A stretch of 64,000 nt of DNA, taken from positions 102-64,101 of the forward strand of contig CAIJFT010000286.1 of NCBI GenBank assembly GCA_903820035.1, in the 5' to 3' direction. The notes under the pieces are model-generated. The model searched no databases, was not told the origin of the DNA, and saw nothing but the letters and a program-made list of their open reading frames with translations. This stretch comes from an uncultured Opitutia bacterium. GTDB lineage: Bacteria; Verrucomicrobiota; Verrucomicrobiia; Opitutales; Opitutaceae. A program made the position numbers and the translations under genes. How positions within the stretch are numbered: position 1 is the first letter of the stretch; each line of letters begins with the position of its first letter. Below, piece by piece: positions 27,766-37,100 of this stretch.

Positions 27766-27922
27766 GGGTTCGTGGGTAAAAGCCTCACCCGCACGGCAAC
27801 ACGATCGCCCGCGCCGGAAGGCCCTTCAGAATTGAGCCACCACACCGCGAAAAGCGAGCCTCCGAAAACTCGGCCGCGCATCTGCCTTGCGGGGCACTGG
27901 ATCGCCCGCTTCATCCTACGTC

Positions 27923-29059
27923 GTGAAGTTCCCCCGCCTTCCCCTGACCTGCCGTTGCGTCGGCCTCTTCGCCGTCGCCAGCGCACTCACCGCCACCCTT
28001 TCCTCCGGCCTCGCCGCGGATAACCTTCCCGCCGGGATCCAGCGGGCCGTCTTCGGCCAATCGGCCGACGGTGCGACCATCGAGGCTTTCACGTTGACCA
28101 ACCCGCGGGGCACGACGGCCAAGATCCTCTCGCACGGGGCGACCCTTGCCGATTTGCAAGTGATCGACGACCGCGGCCAAAAAGTCAGCGTCGTGATCCC
28201 CGTGACCACCCCGCCGGGGCCGCAGGGCGGATTTTCGACCGCCGGCTCGGTCTTTGGGCGGGTGGCCAACCGCATCGCCCGAGGCCGATTCAGCCTCGAT
28301 GGCAAGGTTTACCAAATCCCCGTCAACAACGGCCTCCACTCACTCCACGGCGGACGCCGGGGTTTTAATCGCGTCACCTGGCAGGCCGAGCCCGTTGCGT
28401 CCGCGGCCGGGCCCGCCGTGAAACTGACCTACGTGAGCGCCGACGGCGAAGAAGGTTTTCCAGGCCGGCTCACCGCCACGGTCGTCTACACGCTGACCGC
28501 CAACAACGTCCTGCGGCTCGACTACACCGCGACGACCGACCGCGCCACGCCGGTCAACCTCACCAACCACGCCTACTTCAATCTCGCGGGCGGCGGCGAC
28601 GTGCTGGACCACGACCTCACGATCGACGCCGCACGGTACACGGTGTTCGACGCCGATCTCATTCCGACCGGCGAGATCCGTCCGGTCACGGGCACCGCAC
28701 TCGACTTCACAAAGCCCTCCGCCGTCGGCGCTCACCTTGCCCGACTCGCTCCGGCGCGGCGCTACGACCACAACTTCGTACTCGATGCCGGCGGCACCAC
28801 CCTCGCCCGCGCCGCGCGGGTGACCGAGCCGCGTTCCGGTCGCGCGATGGAAGTGTGGACGACCGAGCCCGGCATGCAGGTTTACACCAGCCCGCTCTCG
28901 GCACCGACCGCCAAGGAGGCCACGCCGCGCCAAGGCTTCTATTGTTTCGAGACCCAGCATTACCCCGACTCGGTGAATCACGCGAATTTCCCGACGACCA
29001 TTCTCCGCCCGGGCGAAATGTACCGCTCGACCACGGAGTTTCGGTTCACGGCGAAATAA
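27923..29059 (+). CDS. galM: Aldose 1-epimerase (mutarotase), with signal peptide
   Basis: GRVANRIARGRF, LHGG, NLTNHAYFNL, YDHNF, FETQHYPDS; probable GTG start at 27923 (track ORF starts 27887). Confidence 0.9.
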   Translation: MKFPRLPLTCRCVGLFAVASALTATLSSGLAADNLPAGIQRAVFGQSADGATIEAFTLTNPRGTTAKILSHGATLADLQVIDDRGQKVSVVIPVTTPPGPQGGFSTAGSVFGRVANRIARGRFSLDGKVYQIPVNNGLHSLHGGRRGFNRVTWQAEPVASAAGPAVKLTYVSADGEEGFPGRLTATVVYTLTANNVLRLDYTATTDRATPVNLTNHAYFNLAGGGDVLDHDLTIDAARYTVFDADLIPTGEIRPVTGTALDFTKPSAVGAHLARLAPARRYDHNFVLDAGGTTLARAARVTEPRSGRAMEVWTTEPGMQVYTSPLSAPTAKEATPRQGFYCFETQHYPDSVNHANFPTTILRPGEMYRSTTEFRFTAK

Positions 29060-29196
29060 CCGGGGCCGCGCGTCCGAACGAAGGCAGCGGGGCGTCACTA
29101 TCCCGCGAGCATGATTGATGTGCGACCGGCCGGCAGGATCAGTTTGTCGCACCTTTTCCGCGGGTCGGAGACACCCCGCTCCATGGTTCGGACGAC

Positions 29197-29223
29197 AAAA
29201 AAGCGCCGCGAAAGGCGGCGCTT
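29197..29223 (-). terminator. Intrinsic terminator after ndk
   Basis: Minus strand aagcgccgc-ctttc-gcggcgctt followed by TTTT. Confidence 0.85.
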
Positions 29224-29252
29224 GAAAGCAGGGTCGAGGGCTGCAACGCGGA

Positions 29253-29669
29253 TCAGGCGAACAACTCGTCGGGCTTGAAAAAGCGGGCGAGCTCGGCCTG
29301 ACCGTTTTCCACGCTGTCGGAGGCGTGGACGATGTTCTTCATCATGTCGGTACCGAAGTCGCCGCGGATCGTGCCCTTGGCGGCCTTGCGGGAGTCGGTC
29401 GGCCCGAGCAGGTCCCGCACGCGCTTCACCACGTCGACGCCCTGCAGGCCGATCATGATGACCGAACGGGCGCTCATGAAGCCCTCGATCTCCGGATAAA
29501 ACGGCTTGTCCGCCACGTGCGCGTAATGCTGGCGCAGCAGAGCCGGCGAGAGCCGGCTCATCTTGCAGGCAATCACGTCGAAACCGGCCGCCTCAAAGCG
29601 GCTGAGGACCGTGCCCACGATGCGCTGATCCATAGCGTCGGGCTTAAAGATGATGAACGTTTTCTCCAT
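29253..29669 (-). CDS. ndk: Nucleoside diphosphate kinase
   Basis: MEKTFIIFKPDA...KGTIRGDFG...NIVHASDS; 138 aa from ATG 29669. Confidence 0.97.
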   Translation of the reverse strand: MEKTFIIFKPDAMDQRIVGTVLSRFEAAGFDVIACKMSRLSPALLRQHYAHVADKPFYPEIEGFMSARSVIMIGLQGVDVVKRVRDLLGPTDSRKAAKGTIRGDFGTDMMKNIVHASDSVENGQAELARFFKPDELFA

Positions 29670-29710
29670 AGGTTTTGGAGAACGTAGCCCCCGCTCCGGC
29701 TTTGGAAAGC

Positions 29711-31093
29711 CTAGAGTTGGCGCCCCAAACCATCCGCCAGCGCCGCCGCTAATTGCGGGTGCCGGAAGCGGTAGCCGGTCGCCAGCAACGCCGCCGGCAC
29801 GACCCGTGTGCTCGCCAACAGGGTCGCGTCCGCCATCTCGCCGAACACCGCGCGGAGCACGATGGCCGGCACCGGCAGCACCGCGGGCCGATGCAGGGTT
29901 CGCGCCAGCGTTTGGGTGAACTCGCTGTTCGTGACGGGCTCCGGCGCCACGACGTTCAAGGGTCCGCGACACCGGGGCTCCAACAACGCATGATAAATCG
30001 CCCCGACGACATCATCGCAACTGACCCAACTCATCCACTGCGTCCCGCGCCCCACCCGACCACCGAGTCCGGCGTTGAACAGCGGGAGTAATTTACCCAA
30101 CGCGCCACCCGCCGGCGTCAGAACCACGCCAAAGCGCAGCAGCACCGGGCGCACGCCCTGGTCCGCCGCCCGTTGCGCCTCGGCCTCCCACACGCGGCAC
30201 ACCTCGGAGAGGAAGTCACCACCGGGCGCACCTGCCTCCGGTAAAATCGTGTCGCCGCAATCGCCGTAAATCCCGACTGCCGATGCGTTCAACAACACCG
30301 CGGGTTTCACCGCCGCACGCGCGATCGCGGCCACCAGGGTGCGGGTCGCATCGATGCGGCTGCGCAGAATCGCGTCACGGCGCGCGGCCGACCAGCGTCC
30401 GGCGGCGATACTCTCTCCCGCGAGGTTCACGACGGCGTCGATCCCATCCAGCGCAACCGGATCGATCGAGCCGGCCGACGGATTCCAAGTCCGCTCCGAG
30501 TCGCCGCGCGCCGGACGCCGGACGAGTCGCACAACGCGGTGTCCCTGCGTCTGCAGAAAAGCCTCCAGCGCACGCCCGACCAGCCCCGAACCGCCCGCGA
30601 TAAGTATCCGCCTTGCTGCGACGGCGCCGTAGCGCGCGGTCGACTCCAGGTCAGCCTTCGTGGTCGCGTGACGCCAGGCAAAGAGCTGCGCCAACTTGCC
30701 CGCAACGAACCGCCCTGCCGCCCACTGGCCGAGCGGCCCGCCCGGCAGCCGATACGAAATCTCATCCGTGAGCGTGCACGCATCGGCGCCGTCCGGGGCG
30801 ATGCGGTGCAGGTGTTCCCAGCGGGCGAACGGGCCGCTTACCTGGACATCGCGAAACTGCACGCCTGGGATATAATCGCGGTGTTCGACTTCCCACTGCT
30901 GCCAGAAGGGGCCGAACTTGTTGCGCACGGTCACCCGCGCGCCGTCGCGCACGCCGCCGGTGGCGGCGACGAGCTCCACGCGCTCCCAAGGCGGGCAGAG
31001 CCGCGCCAAGGCGCCGGGTCGCTCGTGCCAGGCGAAAACGTCCGGCGCGGGTCGGGCAATCCGGGTGGTGAGGGAAAAAGTTTGGACACTCAC
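29711..31093 (-). CDS. SRPBCC domain fused to TIGR01777/YfcH-like NAD-dependent epimerase family domain
   Basis: N-terminal VFAWHERPGALARLCPPW...FRDVQVSGPFARWEHLHR; C-terminal IAGGSGLVG, VNLAGESI, NASAVGIYG, LRFGVVL, GRGTQWMSWV. Confidence 0.88.
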   Translation of the reverse strand: MSVQTFSLTTRIARPAPDVFAWHERPGALARLCPPWERVELVAATGGVRDGARVTVRNKFGPFWQQWEVEHRDYIPGVQFRDVQVSGPFARWEHLHRIAPDGADACTLTDEISYRLPGGPLGQWAAGRFVAGKLAQLFAWRHATTKADLESTARYGAVAARRILIAGGSGLVGRALEAFLQTQGHRVVRLVRRPARGDSERTWNPSAGSIDPVALDGIDAVVNLAGESIAAGRWSAARRDAILRSRIDATRTLVAAIARAAVKPAVLLNASAVGIYGDCGDTILPEAGAPGGDFLSEVCRVWEAEAQRAADQGVRPVLLRFGVVLTPAGGALGKLLPLFNAGLGGRVGRGTQWMSWVSCDDVVGAIYHALLEPRCRGPLNVVAPEPVTNSEFTQTLARTLHRPAVLPVPAIVLRAVFGEMADATLLASTRVVPAALLATGYRFRHPQLAAALADGLGRQL

Positions 31094-32553
31094 GCGTTAT
31101 CAGCGGGCAAGGCCCGGAGTTCCTTCAGGGCGGCCAGTGCCGCGTTGCGCGCCCGCGTGTGGTCCACGATCGGCCGCGGATAAGTCTCGCCCAGCCGTAC
31201 ACCGGCGGCGGCGAGCACGTCGGGCGGCGCCTCCCACGGGGCATGGATGTGCTCGGCCGGCAGTCGCGCGAGTTCCGGTACCCAGCGGCGGACGTAGTCG
31301 CCGTTGCCGTCGAACTTCACGCCCTGGAGCACCGGCGCGAAGATCCGGAAGTACGGCGCGGCGTCCGCGCCGCAGCCGGCAGTCCACTGCCAGCCCAGCG
31401 TGTTGCTCGCGAGGTCGGCGTCGACGAGCGTGTCCCAAAACCACGCGGCCCCGTGGGTCCACGGCAGCCGGAGGTGTTTCACGAGAAACGAACCGGCCAC
31501 CATGCGCACGCGGTTGTGCATCCAACCCACCTGCCAGAGTTGGCGCATGCCCGCATCGACCATCGGATAACCCGTTTGCCCCCGCTGCCAGGCGCGCAAT
31601 TTCACGCCGCCCGGATCGTCCGCCCACGGAAACCGGCCGAACTCCTCCCGCAAAGGCCGCTCGGGCGTGTAGGGAAAATGATAAAGGAGGTGGTGCGCGA
31701 ACTCGCGCCAGCCAACCTCGCTAAGAAAAACCCGCGCCCCGTTGTTCGGGGGAAAAACCCCCGAGGACCGGGACGCGTTCTCGACGGCGGCCCAGACCTG
31801 TCGCGGCGACAACTCTCCCGTGTGCAGCCAAGGTGAAAGCATCGACGTGCCATCGCGGTCCGGGAGATTGCGTGTGTCGGCGTAGTCCGCCATCGCGCCG
31901 GCGACGAAGGTCTTCAAGCGCCGCGCGGCGCCAGCCTCCCCCGGTTCCCACTGGGCGGCAAAACCGGCATCCCAGCGCCTGGTCGGCAGCAAGCCCAGAT
32001 CGCCCAGCGCGAGCGAGCGCGGCCAGCGGTCCGGCGCCGGAAGTGCAACCGCGCCCGACTTCACCGGCGGGCTCGTCGGCAGGGTAAGGCAATGCCGCCA
32101 GAACGGCGTGAAAACCTGAAACGGTTTCCCCTGCTTGTTCGCAATCGTGTGCGGTTCGTGCAGGAGCGCGGCGTTGCTACTCTTCACCTCGAGTCCGGCG
32201 GCCGCGAACTCGGCCTTGAGCTTGGCGTCGCGCGCCATCACCGCCGGCTCGTAGCGTCGGTTCCAAAACAGGGCTCCCGCGCCCGTCGAGCGCACCAGCT
32301 CCCGCAAGACTTCCGACGCATCGCCCCGCGCGACAATCAAGCGCGAACCACGCTCGCGCAGCGCCGCATCGAGTGCGCCCAGGGAGTGGTGCAGCCACCA
32401 GCGAGCGGCGCCGCCAGCGACCCAACGCCCCTCGCCTGCATCGTCCAAAATATAAACGGGAATGACCGCGGCGCCACGCGCGACGGCGGCGAGCAAGGCG
32501 GGATTGTCCTGCAGGCGCAGGTCTTGGCGGAACCAAAGGAGGGAAGGCTTCAT
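31090..32553 (-). CDS. phrB: Deoxyribodipyrimidine (CPD) photolyase
   Basis: WFRQDLRLQDNPAL, TSMLSPWLHTGELSPR, EVGWREF, GQTGYPMVDAGMRQLWQVGWMHNRVRM, WQWTAGCG. Confidence 0.95.
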   Translation of the reverse strand: MKPSLLWFRQDLRLQDNPALLAAVARGAAVIPVYILDDAGEGRWVAGGAARWWLHHSLGALDAALRERGSRLIVARGDASEVLRELVRSTGAGALFWNRRYEPAVMARDAKLKAEFAAAGLEVKSSNAALLHEPHTIANKQGKPFQVFTPFWRHCLTLPTSPPVKSGAVALPAPDRWPRSLALGDLGLLPTRRWDAGFAAQWEPGEAGAARRLKTFVAGAMADYADTRNLPDRDGTSMLSPWLHTGELSPRQVWAAVENASRSSGVFPPNNGARVFLSEVGWREFAHHLLYHFPYTPERPLREEFGRFPWADDPGGVKLRAWQRGQTGYPMVDAGMRQLWQVGWMHNRVRMVAGSFLVKHLRLPWTHGAAWFWDTLVDADLASNTLGWQWTAGCGADAAPYFRIFAPVLQGVKFDGNGDYVRRWVPELARLPAEHIHAPWEAPPDVLAAAGVRLGETYPRPIVDHTRARNAALAALKELRALPADNA

Positions 32554-32732
32554 GAGGCGGCGAGAGCCGGCGCAAGTACTACGCCCGACGGAGCCCGGCG
32601 GATGCCAAACCGCTGGTCTTAGCCCTGCGCTTGGACGCAGGACCCATGAGAATAGAGAATTTCCCTGCGCTCACGCGCCGGACTGCAAGCCACGGCTTTC
32701 AAAAGGGATCGCACCCACGCCGACGAACCGTT

Positions 32733-34175
32733 TCACAGCGAATCCTGATAGAGGCTCTCGTATCCGGCAGCGGCGACCTGCCAGCTGAAGTCGCGCGCCA
32801 TCGCACGTTGCTGCACGGCCGCGTAGCGCGGCTTGTCGGCGTACAGCGTCAGCGCGCGCTGCAACGCATCGCGCAAGCTCGCCGTGCTCGGGTCGCACAT
32901 CAGGCCGGTGCCCAGCAGCGGGCTCTCGTCCGCGTCGATCACCGTGTCCGCCAAACCGCCGACCCGGCTTACGATCGGGAGCGTGCCATAGACCTGGGAA
33001 TACATTTGATTCAAACCGCAGGGTTCAAAGACCGACGGCATGATGAAAAAATCGCCGCCGGCCTCGATGAGGTGGCTCATCGCTTCGTCCAACTGCGCGC
33101 TCAAGTAGACCCGCTGCGGCGCCATGCGTACGATCTCCCGCAGATCCTCTTCCATGCGCCGGTTACCGGAGCCGAGGACCACCAGGCGGCAGTCGTGCTC
33201 GAAGAAAAAATCGCGGTTCGCGAGGATGAAATCGATCCCCTTCTGTTCCGCGAGACGCGCGACGACGCCGAAAACCGGCCCCTTGCAGTCGGGCGCAAAC
33301 CCGCAGCGCTTGAGGAGTTCCGCGCGGCAGCCGGCCTTGCCCGCGAGGTTACTCGCCGAGTAACGCGCCGGCAGCAGCGCATCGAGCGCGGGGTTCCAAA
33401 CCGAGTTGTCCACGCCATTGAGCAGGCCGACAATATCATCGGCCCGCGTCTGCACCACGCCGTCGAGGCCACAGCCGAACTCGGGCGTCTGGATTTCCTG
33501 CGCGTAGCGCGGGCTCACCGTGGTCACGCGGTCGGCGAACAGGATGCCGCCCTTCATCAGATTGATCTGAGAATAGTATTCGAGCCCGTCCATGTGGAAG
33601 AGCTCGTCCGGCAGATTCGTGCGCGCGAAGGCCTTGGCCGGGAAAACGCCCTGATAAGCGATGTTGTGGATCGTGAAGATCGTCTTGAGCGCCAGCGTGA
33701 CGCTGTGGCGCCGCTCGGTCTCGCGCAGCAGAATCGGCAACAACGCGGCCTGCCAGTCGTGGCAGTGCACGACGTCAGCCTGCAGGTCGCCGAGGCGCAA
33801 CATTTCGACCACGGCCTTGCAGAAGAAAATGAAACGGTCCGCATTATCCTCGTAATCACGATCGCCCGTGCCGTAGGGCGCGCGCCGGTCGAAGAACTCC
33901 TCGCGGCAGATCAGGAAGACGCGGAGGTTTTTCCGCGGAGAGAACACGCGTACGTCGCCGGAGAGGAAATCGTTCGCCATGTCGACTTTGAGCCGCAGCC
34001 GGCGCTCGGCCCCGGCCGCGTCCTTGTGTTCCAGCACCGCACGATACCCCGGAAGGAACACGGCGACCTCGTGACCGTTGTCCGCCAGGGCCCCGCAAAG
34101 GGCGCCCACGGCGTCCGCCAAGCCACCGGTCTTCACATAGGGGAATAGCTCGCTCGCCACGTGGACGATTTTCAT
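32733..34175 (-). CDS. glgA: Glycogen synthase
   Basis: KTGGLADAV, VVHCHDWQAAL, TIHNIAYQG, MPSVFEPCGLNQMYS, VGGLADTV. Confidence 0.96.
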   Translation of the reverse strand: MKIVHVASELFPYVKTGGLADAVGALCGALADNGHEVAVFLPGYRAVLEHKDAAGAERRLRLKVDMANDFLSGDVRVFSPRKNLRVFLICREEFFDRRAPYGTGDRDYEDNADRFIFFCKAVVEMLRLGDLQADVVHCHDWQAALLPILLRETERRHSVTLALKTIFTIHNIAYQGVFPAKAFARTNLPDELFHMDGLEYYSQINLMKGGILFADRVTTVSPRYAQEIQTPEFGCGLDGVVQTRADDIVGLLNGVDNSVWNPALDALLPARYSASNLAGKAGCRAELLKRCGFAPDCKGPVFGVVARLAEQKGIDFILANRDFFFEHDCRLVVLGSGNRRMEEDLREIVRMAPQRVYLSAQLDEAMSHLIEAGGDFFIMPSVFEPCGLNQMYSQVYGTLPIVSRVGGLADTVIDADESPLLGTGLMCDPSTASLRDALQRALTLYADKPRYAAVQQRAMARDFSWQVAAAGYESLYQDSL

Positions 34176-34249
34176 CGCCGCAAAGTAAGGTGGACTGTTT
34201 CGTCAGGCCAATCCCAAAGCGCGAGCCCCGCTTCGTGCGCCAACCCATC

Positions 34250-36757
34250 ATGCCACTTCGAGACCGCCTGCTCGCGCTGATACGCGATCCCGCGTATGCC
34301 CCCGGTAACGAATTTGAGCTCTCGCGCCGGCTCGAACTCAAGAAAAAGGACCGCGCCAACCTCGCCCATGAGGTGCGAATGCTACTGAAGGACGGCAAGC
34401 TCACGCGGGCCCGGAACGGCCGGCTCGCCCCGCCCGCCGGCGCCGCCGGTGTCCCGCCCGCCCCGCGGGCCGCGGAATCCCGCCCGGTCTTCGTTCCGAC
34501 CCGCCGCGGCCCCACGATGCCGGCCCCAAGCTCGAACGCCAGCACCCCGTTTGCCGCGGTGGCTCCGGTATCCACTCCGGCGCGTACGCCGGCCCGGGGG
34601 AAAGCGGAACGCCCCAAGCGGACCACCGCCGCGCAACCGATCCCGAAAGCCGCCCCGGCGCCCGCGGCGGCACCGGCCCGCGCGCCTCGCGAGCTCTCCC
34701 ACGATCTGCGTCCCGGCGAATTGATCGGGCGCATCCAATTTCGCGCCGGCGGCTCCGCCTTTGTGGTCCGCGAGGCGGTCGAGGGTGAGCCCGCGGAGGC
34801 GGCGCTGCAGGTTTTCCCCGAGGACACCGGCGTCGCCCTGCCCGGCGACCGCGTGATCGCCCGCGAGTATCCCGGGCGTACCGGGCGCCGCGCCGGAGAA
34901 AAGGTCGGCGCCGTGGTCCGCGTACTTGAACGGGGCCGCGACACCATTGTCGGCGACCTCCGCGCCGGGCGCCGCGGCTACGTGGTCCAACCCGACGATC
35001 CGCGCTTTATCCACGAGATCCACGTCGATAATCCGGCCGACTCAGACCTGAACCCGCCACCCCGGACCGGCGACAAGGTCGTGGTCAAGCTCGGGGAATG
35101 GCGTCGCCGCGAGCAACCGCTGGGCGGGGTGATTACCTCCCGCCTCGGCCGCACGCATGAGCCGCGCGCAGAGTTGCTCAGCATTTTTCTGAAGTACGAG
35201 CTGGCGACGGAGTTCCCCGCCGACGTCGAACTCGAGGCGGCGGCGATTCCGCCCAAGGTGCAGGCGAAGGAAATCACCCACCGGCTCGATTACCGCGCGA
35301 AAGCGGTTTTCACGATTGATCCCGACGACGCCAAGGATTTCGACGACGCGCTCTCCTACGAAATCTCTGATAACGGCGATGTCCGGGTCGGTATTCACAT
35401 CGCGGATGTATCGACTTATGTCCGCCCCGGCACCGCGCTTGATCGCGAGGCCCAGCGCCGCGGCAACTCCACCTACCTCGTCGGCGTGGTGATCCCGATG
35501 CTGCCCGAAAAGCTCTCGAACGGCCTCTGCTCGCTCGTCGAGGCCCAGGACCGGCTGTGCAAGGCGGTCTTCCTCGTGTTCGACAAGAAGGGCCGTCTCA
35601 CCGACACCACCTACGCCAATACGGTCATCCGCAGCCGCAAGCGGCTCACCTACAAACAGGCGTACGCCTTCATGTTCGAGGACAACCTCGACCGCATTCG
35701 CGACCTGCCGTTGCCGCCGAAGCACCAGACCGGTTCGACCGGCCGCGCCCTGCGCGACCTGCCCGAGACCGAACTCCGCGACCTGCAGGGTTGGATCCGG
35801 GCCTTGTGGAAAATCGCGGCCAAACTGCGCCACGACCGCATAACCCACGGGAGCCTCGACCTCGACATGCCGGAGACGAAAATCTTCGTCGACGAAAAGG
35901 GCTACGCCGACCGCCTGGAGCGGATCGAACATGACGAGAGTCACCAGCTGATCGAGGAGTTCATGCTCGCGGCCAACGAGGCCGTCGCGCGACTGACGCG
36001 CACGCACAAGCTGCCCTCGCTCTACCGGGTGCACGACGAGCCCGACGTTGAGAAACTTCAGGAATACCGCGACCTCCTCGGCTCGTTCCACATCAAGGTC
36101 GGCGACCTCACGCGCCGCGAAGAACTGGTCCGCCTCCTGCATACGCTGCGCACCCACCCGCAGGGTTACACCCTGCGCACCCAACTGCTGCGCAGCCTGA
36201 AGAAGGCGGCGTATCGGTCCTCCGCGGACGGGCACTTCGGTCTCCACAAGAAGGACTACACCCACTTTACCTCGCCGATCCGCCGCTACTCCGACCTCGT
36301 GGTCCATCGCGTGATCGAGCACCACCTCGCGCAGCAAGGCGGGCCGAAGGCGGCCGCGCCCCGCGGCGCCGGGTACGACCTGCCGCGCGTCGAACGCCTC
36401 GGCGAACATCTGAGTCTGACCGAGATCAACAGCACCGAGGCCGAACGCGACAGCGTGAAAGTGAAGCTGCTGGAATATTTCGAACGCGAACTCGACCGGA
36501 AGCCCCGCACCCGTTTCGCCGCGGTCATCACCGATGTGCGGGCCAACGGCTTCTTCATCGAACTCGTCGAATCGATGACGTTCGGCTTCGTGCCGGCCGC
36601 GGCCCTGGGCGACGATTACTATACGCTCAACCCCGCGGGCAATGCGCTCGTCGGCAAACGTCACCGCCTGAAATACGAGCTCAACGGCCGGCTGGAGGTC
36701 ACCGTCGAGTCGGTCGACCGCTACAAGCGCCTGATCGACTTCCGTCCGGTGCATTGA
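34250..36757 (+). CDS. rnr: Ribonuclease R (RNB family)
   Basis: ATG 34250; N-terminal HTH, cold-shock domains, catalytic TIDPDDAKDFDDA, IEEFMLAAN, YTHFTSPIRRYSDL, C-terminal S1. Confidence 0.93.
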   Translation: MPLRDRLLALIRDPAYAPGNEFELSRRLELKKKDRANLAHEVRMLLKDGKLTRARNGRLAPPAGAAGVPPAPRAAESRPVFVPTRRGPTMPAPSSNASTPFAAVAPVSTPARTPARGKAERPKRTTAAQPIPKAAPAPAAAPARAPRELSHDLRPGELIGRIQFRAGGSAFVVREAVEGEPAEAALQVFPEDTGVALPGDRVIAREYPGRTGRRAGEKVGAVVRVLERGRDTIVGDLRAGRRGYVVQPDDPRFIHEIHVDNPADSDLNPPPRTGDKVVVKLGEWRRREQPLGGVITSRLGRTHEPRAELLSIFLKYELATEFPADVELEAAAIPPKVQAKEITHRLDYRAKAVFTIDPDDAKDFDDALSYEISDNGDVRVGIHIADVSTYVRPGTALDREAQRRGNSTYLVGVVIPMLPEKLSNGLCSLVEAQDRLCKAVFLVFDKKGRLTDTTYANTVIRSRKRLTYKQAYAFMFEDNLDRIRDLPLPPKHQTGSTGRALRDLPETELRDLQGWIRALWKIAAKLRHDRITHGSLDLDMPETKIFVDEKGYADRLERIEHDESHQLIEEFMLAANEAVARLTRTHKLPSLYRVHDEPDVEKLQEYRDLLGSFHIKVGDLTRREELVRLLHTLRTHPQGYTLRTQLLRSLKKAAYRSSADGHFGLHKKDYTHFTSPIRRYSDLVVHRVIEHHLAQQGGPKAAAPRGAGYDLPRVERLGEHLSLTEINSTEAERDSVKVKLLEYFERELDRKPRTRFAAVITDVRANGFFIELVESMTFGFVPAAALGDDYYTLNPAGNALVGKRHRLKYELNGRLEVTVESVDRYKRLIDFRPVH

Positions 36758-37100
36758 GGCCGAAGCGGCCGTTGAAAGCTTCGGGTGGCACGGTGAAGGA
36801 CCGGAGCCGGTGGCGAGCGGTACACGGCTCCGCTCGAATTACTCCGGCGCAGTCAAGTCCGGCTCGGAATAGTTGCGGCATACCCCGAGAGCTGCGCGCA
36901 TCCGCCGCCGGGGCTTGAAACCCGCGCTGACCGGGTCACACCCGCCGAGACTCGAGTATCTTTTGCGGGTGATGCCGGACGACCTGGCGGCAATGGTACC
37001 CAAAAGGAATCACTACCCGCCGGTTGCACTTTCCCTCCGCTGACCGCCCCTTCGAACCTCGCCGCACGGCCGCGGCCACGCTCAAACCCTGCTCAAACCG

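Noticed and set aside
32631-36754. Long opposite-strand ORFs 32631-34148 and 35042-36754
   Set aside because: Shadows of glgA and rnr.
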